In this document: positions 49,818-64,000 of the stretch, in pieces
How positions within the stretch are numbered: position 1 is the first letter of the stretch
Layout: each line of letters begins with the position of its first letter
Source: the human T2T-CHM13v2.0 reference genome, Homo sapiens
DNA: 64,000 bases
Strand: one strand, 5' to 3'
Assembly: GCF_009914755.1 (NCBI RefSeq)
Contig: NC_060946.1
Notes under the pieces: model-generated
Seen by the model: the letters and a program-made list of their open reading frames with translations, nothing else
Databases searched by the model: none
What the model was told of the DNA's origin: nothing
Position numbers and translations under genes: made by a program

Positions 49818-50964
49818 TTCTGGAGACAGTTTTGCTCTTGTTGCCCAGGCTAGAGTACAATGGTGCAATCTTGGCTCACTGCAACCTCCACCTCATGGGT
49901 TCAAGCGATTCTCCTGCCTCAGCCTCCTGAGTAGCTGGGATTACAGATGCCCGCCACCACACCCAGCTAATTTTTGTATTTTTAGTAGAGATGGGGTTTC
50001 ACCACGTTGGCCACGATGGTCTCAAACTCCTGACCTCAGGTGATTTGCCCGCCTCAGCCTCCCAAAGTGCTGGGATTACAGGCGTGAGTCACCATGCCCA
50101 GCCTGACATTTATATTTATTCAGCCTTCACTACATGGTTTACAGGCATTATTCATTATAATCCACCCCCCCGCCGCCTTTTTTTTTTTTTAGACGGAGTC
50201 TTTCTTTGTCGCCTAGGCTGAAGTGCAGTGGTGCAATCTCGGCTCACTGCAACCTCCTCTTCCAGGGTTCAAGGGATTCTCCTGCCTCAGCTTCCTGAGT
50301 AGCTGAGACTACAGGCGCACATCACCATGCCTGGATAATTTTTGTATTTTTAGTAGAGACAGGGTTTCATCATGTTGGCCAGGCTGGTCTCGAACTCCTG
50401 ACTCAAGCAAGCCTCGCGCCTTGGCCTCCCAAAGTGCTGGGATTATAGGTATGAGCCATCACGCCCATATTTCATGAAAATCCTTAAATCAAACTTTATG
50501 TGGATTCAGTTTCCTTATCTTTATCTTACAAATGAAGAAATTGATGCTGCTAGATTGCCAGGGTCACATAGCCAGCGATTGGCAGGGCTGGGGACCTTGG
50601 TCTTCCTAATGTCTTCGTGACATAAGAACCACACCATCCAGCCTCCCTAAATCGCCAGGCGCAGCCTCTCACTGCCTCTAGCCCATGATCTTGTGTCTAT
50701 CCCATGATCTTGCGTCTATCGCAGGTGTCTTAAGGGTTGATTTCCCATTAAACAGCAGAGATGTCTGATGGCCACTGAACTCTGTTTTCAGATCTGGACA
50801 AAAGCATTTACCTTCTTCATGCCAGAGACTTTCTTTTTTTTTTTCTTTTTTTTTTTTTGGCAGGGTCTTGCTCTGTCACCTAGGCTAGAGTGCAGTGGCC
50901 CAATCACGGCTCACTGCAGCCTCAGTCTCCTGGGCTCAAGCGAGCCTCCCACCTCAGCCTCCTA

Positions 50965-51321
<357 letters not shown>

Positions 51322-52509
51322 TCAAAAAAAAAAAAAAAAAAAAGATGGAATCTCACTGTGTTGCCACGGCTGGTCTAGAATTCCTGAGCTCAAGGAATCC
51401 TCCTACCTCAGCCTCCTGAAGTGCTGGGATTACAGCTGTCAGGCACCACGCACAGCTGAAGTTGTCTTTTTGTTTGTTGATCTCAGAGTAGTGAGGAGGG
51501 AGAAAGCACCCAGAGAAGGAAGAGTCTGAGAGCTTCTGCAGGTTCAGATGCATTTTGTTGCCCTTTAAAGTCTCCCTTAAAGCAGAGACAGAGGAAAGCG
51601 TGGGAGGCCATGTAAAGCACACAGACTCTGGAGACAGAACTGCTACCTTGGGCAAGTCACTTCATTCTGAGCTTCACTTTCTCATCTGTAAAATGGGCAT
51701 GATGAAACCAATCTTCCAGGATTACTGTGAGAATTAAATAGGTAAATGCAGACTGTGTGCAGTGGCTCACACCTATAATCCCAGCACTTTGGGAGGCCGA
51801 GGCAGGAGGATCACTTGAGTCCAGGAGTTGGAGACCAGCCTGGACAGCACGAGACCCCATCTCTACAAAAAATTTTTAAAATTAGCCAGGTGTAGGGATG
51901 TGTACGTGTGGTCTCAGCTACTTGGGAGGCTGAGGCAGGAGGATCATTTGAACCCAGGAGCTGGAGGCTGCAGTGAGCCATGATCATGCTACTATCCTCC
52001 AGCCTACTCAAGAGAGTCAGATCCTGTCTCAAAAAAAAAAAAAAAAAAAAAAAGGTAATCACAGCTCCAGGTTCTTGTCTCTCCTAGAACTTACCACGAT
52101 GCATTTAAATATTTAAAATTTGGTTCACTGTTACATCCCTGGTTCCTAAGATTGTGTCTGGCACAAATGTTTGTGGAAGAGATAACATTTGTAAAGATAA
52201 AGTCTGCCAGGCTCACAGCTGATCTGAAATAAATTAAAAATATATACACATGTGTGTATGTGTGCATGTGTGTAAAATGAAGAGGATTAAGACGGAAATC
52301 TGAGAGAACTCTTGAGAGAGTCCTCCAGGAATTAATGGGGCAGGTAGTGCTAAATGAACACTCTTTGGATCATGAGCTATGGATTCAAATGTAGCCTCTT
52401 CACCAGTCCTGAGGCAGTATCATGGATATGCATAGCTGGTCTGTCTGGTTAATCTCCCCTTACCTAGTAGGTCTTCTAAGCAGCCTCAGATCCTTTCTAG
52501 AATGATCCC

Positions 52510-53932
<1,423 letters not shown>

Positions 53933-54356
53933 TCCTATACATAAAACTCCAGCCAAGTGAGGTCCTGATTCTTCTATGTGTCTCCGGTTCCCATCTATGA
54001 GAAGGGCACAACGCAACCAGGGTTTTGGGCAGCCTTCCATGAAAGCACCTGGAAGCCGGAGAAGGGGGGCGGGGGGACTTTTGACACAGATGGGGAAGGG
54101 CGGAGGCGCTGGGTTTGAGCAGCATCAGCCCAGAAATGCAGAACTGCCAAAAGAAACCCCCCTAAGAGGCAGGACACTTTTAAAGAAAATAAAGGTGAAT
54201 TCCAGGCATGAGCTTTCGACGGGGAATGGGGCTTCCCCGACTCGCCCCCACGCCCCCCGCCCTTCTCCCCAGGTGCGCAGCCCGCGCCGCCCACCCCGGG
54301 CGCGGCGAGGCGACGGGAGCCGAGCTCTCTAGGACCCGAGGAGGAAGAGCTGCAGG

Positions 54357-54604
54357 GAGACAGTGCCTCCAGCGGGTGCTGCCGCGAGCGGCCAGCCGAG
54401 GGGCTGGAAATGAAAGTAAAGCGCTCCAGAGCCACATGGACGGAGCTGCCGGGGCGGCGGCGCCGGGAGCAGGATGCGGCCGCCCGTAATTAAATAGCAT
54501 TTACTCTTATTATTACTAATAATAATAACGTAATCATACCTCTAGTCATAGCATACCATTTATCGGGCTCGGCGCAGGCCCGCGGGGAGCGCAGCCCGGC
54601 GGAG
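54357..54604 (+). other. ZC3H7B: ZC3H7B (RoXaN) non-coding exon 1 (5' end approximate)
   Basis: Strong donor GAG|GTGAGT at 54604/54605. Identity rests on recalled 5'UTR sequence and gene order; no ZC3H7B coding exon is seen in the window. Confidence 0.82.
54410..54497 (+). promoter_or_regulatory. Three overlapping uORFs in ZC3H7B exon 1 (54410-54493, 54436-54489, 54474-54497)
   Basis: Hand translation gives MKVKRSRATWTELPGRRRREQDAAARN*, MDGAAGAAAPGAGCGRP* and MRPPVIK*. Confidence 0.75.
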
Positions 54605-57076
54605 GTGAGTGCTTGGCGCGGCCCGAGCCCCGCGGGGCAGAGGCCGGGGACACTGCGTCCGGAGCCGCCCGCGCGCGAGGGTTCGGGGACGCCCGGGCCG
54701 GGCAGGGCTGGGGAAGAGGCGAAGAGAGCCCTTTCCAGGCCGGGGCCGCGCGCCGGGCCACCTGGAAAGTGGGATTTTGCAAAAAATAAATCGTCTCTAA
54801 AACCCCATTTGCTCCTTTTTGGGGATCCCGGTCCCCGTGCCCTGCCCCAAAGTTTAAAAGTTACCGTGTGGCCGGGGGCACCTGGCGCTGGGGAGACTTG
54901 GCCGCCCCTGCAGCCCCCAGGAGGTGTCTTGAAATTTTCGTGGGGCCTCTCTCTTCGGCGTCCGGAGCTTCTGGGGTGTCCAGATGCTTTGCCGACCCCG
55001 CGCAGGGGGTCTCGGGGGCTGGCAGGGGCGTCGCTGGCAGGGCCCCCCTTCCTTTTGTGTTGTCCTTGGCCCCGCAGCACCCGGAGTTGGAGGGGCCGCG
55101 GCGAGGGCCGGGGAGCGGGGCCGCCCGACGGGCCGCCCCTTTCGGCTGCGGCGGCCACGCGAGCCCGGGGATCCGGGGCCTGCAGCCGGGCCCGCGGGAA
55201 GGGGGCGGCAGGAAAGGGGGGCGCGGTCTGGGCCTGCTGGGCAGGGGGGCGTTTCCGGTCGCAGGATCAGTCTCTGGACTTCGAGGCCTGTGGGAGGCCC
55301 GCGGCCGTCCAGGGAGTGCTAGGGGGCTGCGGACCCCGGCTCTGGCGCCTGGGGACGGGGGCGCCCTGAGGGGGCTGGGGGCCTGGGAGCCGCCGACTCC
55401 GGCCTCATACCCCCATCCTGCCCGCTGCGAACCTCAGGGCCCCCCTCCGGGTTTGCTCCCTCCTCCTTTCCCCTCCTTTCTCCTCAACTCTGTCTGTTTT
55501 AGGCGTTTATAAGGCGCCTGGTTGGGGGGACTTTCACAGACAAAGCCGTCTTCCCAGGGGGGAAAATAATCATATAAAAACAGCTCACTCTGATAGAACC
55601 TGATGGCTGTATTGCCAACAGGGCATTGACGGGGAAGACTAGGGGGCTAGGGCCCTGCGTGGGGAGTCTGGGGGCTCTAAAAGGGGGCTGGGCCTGAGTG
55701 GGGAGCTGGTGATCAGCGGTTTTATTTCTCGGGTTGCTAGCTTTGGCATCAGACTTTGAACCCCAACTTCTTGCCATATTCCTCAGCATCTGCAGTTCAG
55801 CCTGATGAAAATAGCAGAATGCAGATCCTTGAATTTTCACACAAATGAGATAATTATAGTACATGTAGCAACTGTGTTGGACACAAAATGCTGGCAGAAT
55901 CTTTAGTTCTACTACCAATACTTCCTCTACACACATACAGCCATCCCCTCCGTGGTGGTCTTCTTTCCCCGTGTCCACCTCCCACAGAAGTTGGACTGCA
56001 AGGTGGAAATGACACCTGGTCAACAGTTGGATGCAGCATGTTTGAGAAGTGGGGAGACTTAAGGTGGGAAGAAAGAACCTGTCCAGGAGGGATGAGATCT
56101 GAGGATGGGAGAGAGACTTTGTTGTCCCTGAGCTGGGATAAAGTTTCTGTTCTGTAGATGCTGTGTGTTCTTAGCTGCTGGCTTTTGTATAGGTTAGACA
56201 GGAATGGGGGTTTTGGTAGATTATTGTGGGGCTTAGAAGCTTGGTGGGATGTGCTGATCTCTCGAGTCTTAGTAGGAAAGCTGAGATGTCGGTTGAGACA
56301 TGGATAGAGAATCTGAAAATAATCCCTCAATCTGAAAATAATAATCCCTCAAATATCACTTTTTAGTTTATAACAAAAGGGCTTTCACATGTGTTGGCTC
56401 ATCTGTCCTCCATAGCAACTGTGTCAGGTAGACATTTTCTAGATAAGAAACCTTAGGCCGAATTGTGTGTCTTGCTGGAAAGTCAGACAGCAGAGGTAGG
56501 ATTCCCACCCAGTTTTCTGGCCAAATCGTCACCCTTTCCCAGAGTCCTGGGCCACCTTAGCAAGTTACTTTTCATTTATTTTATTTTATTTTATTTTACT
56601 TTTTTGAGACGGAGTCTCGCTCTGTCGCCCAGGCTGGAGTGCAGTGGCGCGATCTTGGCTCACTGCAAGCTCCGCCTCCCGGGTTCACGCCATTCTCCTG
56701 CCTCAGCCTCCTGAGTAGCTGGGACTACAGGCTCCCGCCACTACGCCCAGCTAATTTTTTGTATTTTTAGTAGAGACGGGGTTTCACCGTGTTAGCCAGG
56801 ATGGTCTTGATCTCCTGACCTCGTGATCCAGCCACTTCGGCCTCCCAAAGTGCTGCGATTACAGGCGTGAGCCACCATGCCCAGCCTTCTTTTTATTTTT
56901 TGAGACAAGGTCTCACTCTGTCACCCAGGCTGGAGTACAGTAGCACAATTGTAGCTCAGTCTGCCAGGCTCAGGCAATCCTCCTGCCTTGGCCTCCCAAA
57001 GGGATAGGGTTACAGGCATGAGCCACCATACCTGGCTGCTGCAAGTTTCTTTCTTTCTTTCTTTCTTTTTTTTTGA

Positions 57077-57178
<102 letters not shown>

Positions 57179-59200
57179 TGAATTCAAGTGAACTCCTGGG
57201 CTCAACATATCTACCCACCTCGGCCTCCCAAAGTGCTGGGATTACAGGCGTGAGCCACCTCATGCCTGTCTGCAAGTTACTTTTCAAGTGCCTCTTGTGA
57301 GATGCTGTGGGGCAGGTTTGCAATTGACTTTGTCATTTATTATCTGGCTGGAAAGAGAAAGTTGATTCTAGTGAACCAATGAGAACACAAGAATTCTGGG
57401 GTCAGTGCAGTGGGAGTGGAGAGAAGACAGCTCAAGGCTACCTGGAAAAGTTAGAGAAGGCTTCTTCTAGGAAGTAGAATTTGAACTTCAAAGAATGGGG
57501 AGGCTTGCCAGGGTGGAGAAGAAGGGAATTTCTGGGTTAGCCACAATTGCTTCTGTGCTGGGAAGTTGACTTACATTCTCTCGAATTGTTATAGTAGCTC
57601 CGTGAGGGGTGGGCATTATAATCTCCATTTCACAGATGAAGAAATTGAGGAACACGGGATTTGTGTGCCCAGCCCAAGGTCAATCTGCAGGATTTGAATC
57701 CAGGCCTTCTTGACTCTTGAGTGTGCTCCTGCCCTCTGCACCACCTTCCTCTCAGATACGTAAGCAAGAACAGGGACTGTCCTATAATCCCAGCACTTTG
57801 GGAAGCCAAGGCGAGCTGATCACTTGAGGTCACGAGTTCGAGACCAGACCTGGCAACATGGTGAAACCCAGTCTCCACTAAAAACACAAAAATTGGCCGG
57901 CTGCGGTGGCTCACGCCTGTAATCCCAGCACTTTGGGACGCCGGGGCGGGCGGATCACGAGGTCAAGAGATTGAGACCATCCTGGCCAACATGGTGAAAC
58001 CCCACCTCTACTAAAAGTACAAAACTTAGCTGGATGTGGCGGTGCATACCTGTAATCGCAGCTACTTGGGAGGCTGAGGCAGGAGAATTGCTTGAACCCA
58101 GGAGGCGGAGCTTGCAGTGAGCCGAGCGCTCCACTGCACTCCAGCCTGGGCGACAGAGCAAGACTCCGTCTCAAAAAAAAAAAAAAAAAATTAGCTGGGC
58201 ATGCTGGTGGGTGCCTGTAATCCTAGCTACTCAGGAGGCTGAGGCAGGAGAATCTCTTGAACCTGGGGGGTGGAGGTTGCAATGAGCCAAGATCACGCCA
58301 CTGCACTCCAGCCTGGGCAACAGAGTGAAACTCTGTCTCAAAAAAACAAAAATGGAGACTGGATGGTCTGAATTAGCAAATGAAACTGGGGTAGCATTGT
58401 CAACAGGCTCCCCAAGACCAAGGAGTTCTCCTAAACTGGCTCTGTATCCCAGGGCCCCGAGGGGCTGGACCAGTGAAAGCACTCTCAGTAGGTTTCTAAC
58501 TGCAGAAAGCAGAATGGCAGTAGAAGGAGGACCGGTCCCTGAGCGTGGGGATCTGAGCAAGTTTGGTTCCTTAGTGCCTGCTGGGTGCCGGCCCAGCACC
58601 CTGGAGGAGCTTAGAGCTTGGGATGAGATAGATATGGACCATTAATCTGAGCTTCCCAAGGACAGGAACTGGGTCTGATTCACCCTCTGTGCCTCCAGCC
58701 CCAGAGGCGGTGCCAGGATGACACACTCAGCCATTGTGTTGTCAAATTGAATTATGCCCCAATGTAGAGGAGGAAGGTTTATTTTGCCCAAGAGTAGAAG
58801 ATCTTCCTAGAAGTGCCATTTGAACATCTGAAAGATAGGTTGAAAAGCCAGAGAAAGGGTGTTCTAAGCAGAGGCATTGAGATGGACAAAGGCAGGGATG
58901 TATAAAGAAGAACAGGTCACCTGGTACAGCCACAGTCTAGTGGGCAGATACATGACATTGGGTTCAAGTCAGGCTCTGCCGTCATGATCCTTTCGATTCT
59001 CTGGGCCTCAGTTTCCCCTTCTGAAAAGGAGCCCTGAGATTTGATGATATTTAATGATAACCCATGCTTGGGGATCAGGATAAGAAACTCAGATGAAAGG
59101 AGCTAGAAGTGTTTAAAAATTTTTATTAATTTAGTAATCACTGAACCAGCAATTCTCTAGGCCCTGTTGCAAGTGCTTTTTCCTAAATTAGCTTATTTAA

Positions 59201-59364
<164 letters not shown>

Positions 59365-59688
59365 TAATTTTTGTATTTTTAGTAGAGACGGGGTTTTGCC
59401 ATGTTGGCCAGGCTGGTCTTGAACTCCTGATCTCAAGTGGTCCACCCGCCTGGGCCTCTCAAAGTGCTGGGATTACAGGCGTGAGCCACTGCACCCAGCC
59501 TTTATTTAATTCTTTCAACAGCCCTAGAGGGAGGCACTGTAATTATCCCCATTTTACAGGTGAAGAAACTGTGGCATAGAGAGGTTCAGTGAAGTGCAGA
59601 AGGGGCAGAGCTGCAGAGCCAACCCAGGATGTCTGGCTCTGGAGCTGGCCTGGTGTGGGCCTGGGAAGGAGCCTCAGGGGAGACCTGA

Positions 59689-59988
<300 letters not shown>

Positions 59989-61738
59989 TAGTAGAGATGG
60001 TGTTTCACCATGTTGGTCAGACTGGTCTTGAACTCCTGACCTCGTGATCCACCCGCCTTGGCCTCCCTACTGCTGGGATTATAGGCATGAGCCCGTGCTG
60101 GGCCTGAAGTCGGCTCCTTTCATCACATTTCATGGCCCCTGGAAAACAAGCTCATTTTCCTTCCTCTGTCAGCACCAGCTACAGATTCCTTCTCACCAAA
60201 TTCATTCCCCCCAGGGAGACTGTTTCTTTGCAGGCGTGTTGGTTGTGTTGGTGCCATGTTGGTTGTGTTGGTGCTGTCTCCCCACCGGGCTATGGAGGCC
60301 CAGAGGGAGGGACATTCCTGCATTCAGAGCGCTTGTTCCCTTCAGAAACATCTGGTAACTTCAGTTCTGCAGCATCACAGCTCCTCAGCGTCAGAGGCTG
60401 AGACACGAGCTTGGTGGGGATCGTGGGGATACGATCACCCATATAGCAGCACATAACACCCATATAACAGCAGCCCCCATATGGTTAACACCACTGTATA
60501 CCAGCATCGTGCTTGACATTTCCTATGCCTTCTCTTATTGAATCCACTTAACAGCTCTTCAAGACCAGAGCAATCATTGGCAGCCCCATCTTGTAGATGA
60601 GGAGCCTGAGGCTCAGAAAGACTAAGTTAACACTTCTGAGATCACACAGCTGAGGTAGAGAAGGGAGTCAGATGAAGCCACCTGGCATCCGAGGTCTTAG
60701 CTGCCATGCAGGAGACAGTCTTCAGGTTACTTCCAGTTTCCTCGAAGCTCTTTTCTTATCAATCTGGAAATCCTAACTACCACCAACATTTGTGTCCTGC
60801 TGTGTCCACAGTCTCTCATTAATTGTCATGACAGTCTTTTGAGGTAAGGTAAGAGGTGTCCCTGTTTTTCAGAAGAAAAAGACTGAGGCATCATCACCCA
60901 CCCACTGCTCTTCCTACCCAGTCCACAATGTGACTTGGGAGGGGAACAGGGTATTGGATTCCCTGAGACCTAGAACCATGTCTTCTGATTGGTTTGTGTT
61001 ACTGAAGTGCTGGAGTCAGCTGATGATCATTCCTTGAGCACTTCCTGTGAGGGCTGCAGGGAAGGTGGGGGCTCTGGCCCTCCTGGGGTTTTTAGAGGTC
61101 GCCCTGGTTCAGCTATGCTCTTGTTCCCTGGAGCATCTCTGTGTCATCCCTCTCCCTCCACAGGCTGAGGAACGCAGGGCAGGGAGCCCAAAGTCCTGAG
61201 TTTCATTCCCAACTCCTGTTCATGCTGGCTGTATGATGGAGGCATTATTATTTTGTCATTCTTGGCTTCTGTCTCCTTTTCTGTGAAACGGCCGTACTGA
61301 TCCTGTCGAATCTGCATCAGGGGTTGTAGTTATGATCATTTAATAGCCTTCAGAATATTCCTGAATCTTCTTCACTGTCTGCCTTGATCCAGGCCTGAAC
61401 CACTGCAGTAGCCTCCTAACCAATCTCCCAGTATCCTCTCTTGTCATACGTCCTCCCTGCAGTAGCCAAAAGGATCTTCTTGCGAAATAAATAAGCTCCT
61501 GTCACTCTTCTGCTGAAAACTCTCCTGCAGTTTCCTGACACACGCAAAACACAGCCCTGGCTCCCGGCATGGCCTGTGAGTGGTTCTGAGACCAGCCTCG
61601 CCTGCCCCTTGCACTTTGCCTCCCACGTGGCTTGCCCTTGCTTGGGTGTTGCAGCCACGGTGGCCTTCTGAGTTTTCCTGGAACATTATCAGCTTGTTCC
61701 CACCTCAGGGCCATTGCCTGTGCCCTGTCCCCTGCTAG

Positions 61739-62278
<540 letters not shown>

Positions 62279-62764
62279 TGAGTAGCTGGGATTACAGGTG
62301 CCCACCACTAGGCCCGGCCTAATTTTTGTATTTTTATTAGAGATGGGGTTTCACCATGTTGGCCAGGCTGGTCTTGAACTCCTGGCCTCAAGTGATCTGC
62401 CCACCTCAGCCTCCCAAAGTGCTGGGATTACAGGCGTGAACCACCGCATCCGGCCCTAATGTACTTTCCATCACTCCATGCCACGCTTCCTGCTTCAGCT
62501 TCCTTGTGACTCTGATCTCTATTTTTACTTGTCGTGTGCATTTCACGCTGGTTTATTTGTCTTCCTGCCCATGGATGACAAGCTGCACCAGGGAAAGGAC
62601 TTTATTAACTGTGTTCCCCTAGCACCTGGTAGGGCCCCTTGCACTAAAAGTGCTTCATGGTTATTTGTTGAATAAATGAATAATAGTAGGAGGTTGGCCA
62701 CAGAATAGCCCTTGCCAAACAGCCCACGACTGGGCAGGGAAACTGGAAAGAAATCAACATTGAT

Positions 62765-63194
<430 letters not shown>

Positions 63195-63506
63195 TCATCA
63201 TCCCTGTCTCCCAGATGACAAAACTGAGGCTCAGGGAGGTGCCCTGAAAGCCAGTGTGGGACAGTGCTGGGATCTGAACCCAGGGCTGGTGGATTGCATG
63301 GCCTAGCCTGCCTCCCTGTCAGCACAAGGCACGAAAGCAAGCAGAGCAGCACTGGAAACTCTCTTGATGCCCAATGATGCACCACAAGGATTTCCAAGCT
63401 CCCTGGGAGCAGGAGCAGTGACTACTTAACTGCTCAAGAGGAACAGGGTATGCCACAGTGTTAGACAGTCACTCTAAGCTCTGGGTGATTCTGGCTTATT
63501 TTTTAA

Positions 63507-63842
<336 letters not shown>

Positions 63843-64000
63843 TGATCTGCCCGCCTCGGCCTCCCAAAGTGCTGGGATTACAGGTGTGAGACACCGCGCC
63901 CAGCCTCACTTTTTTTTTTTTTTTTTTTTAGCCTGCATTCATTCGCGTGTATATGTGCATGTGTGCACATCGGTTTTGAGTGGGGGAGTGACATTGGCAT

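Larger units (their letters stand above)
54050..55450. promoter_or_regulatory. ZC3H7B: ZC3H7B CpG-island promoter
   Basis: Dense CpG; GC boxes at ~54066-54074 and ~54097-54104; surrounds a first exon. Confidence 0.88.

Noticed and set aside
54490-55512. ORFs of 214-254 aa
   Set aside because: GC-rich CpG-island artefacts in intron 1; the 254-aa ORF begins at the splice-donor GTG.

Overview
Human genomic DNA at the RANGAP1 / ZC3H7B locus (22q13.2 from prior knowledge). It is extremely Alu-dense. Minus strand: RANGAP1 non-coding exon 1 in a CpG island (~35.1 kb), then coding exons 2-12 and the start of exon 13 (aa 1-472). All are GT-AG and splice into one open frame. The mirtron-type MIR6889 sits at the exon-12 acceptor. 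Plus strand: the ZC3H7B CpG-island promoter, non-coding exon 1 (~54357-54604) and the start of intron 1. The ~19 kb between the divergent promoters holds a full-length SVA with a 13-bp TSD, solo LTRs (MER31-like, MLT2, MLT1), old LINE fragments and many Alus. Best leads: (1) ZC3H7B exon 1 has three overlapping uORFs, one per frame, all ending in an 11-nt three-frame stop cassette (TAATTAAATAG). This opens a ~77-nt AU island with an ATAA-repeat hairpin resembling the motif ZC3H7B itself binds, a candidate autoregulatory switch. (2) A ~120-bp unique segment is duplicated in RANGAP1 intron 2, and both copies look like stop-containing cassette exons. (3) An exon 2-3 circle would encode a 90-aa RanGAP1 fragment with a junction-specific tail. 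(4) The SVA interval may be structurally variable. Gene and repeat names are recognised from memory, not database searches.
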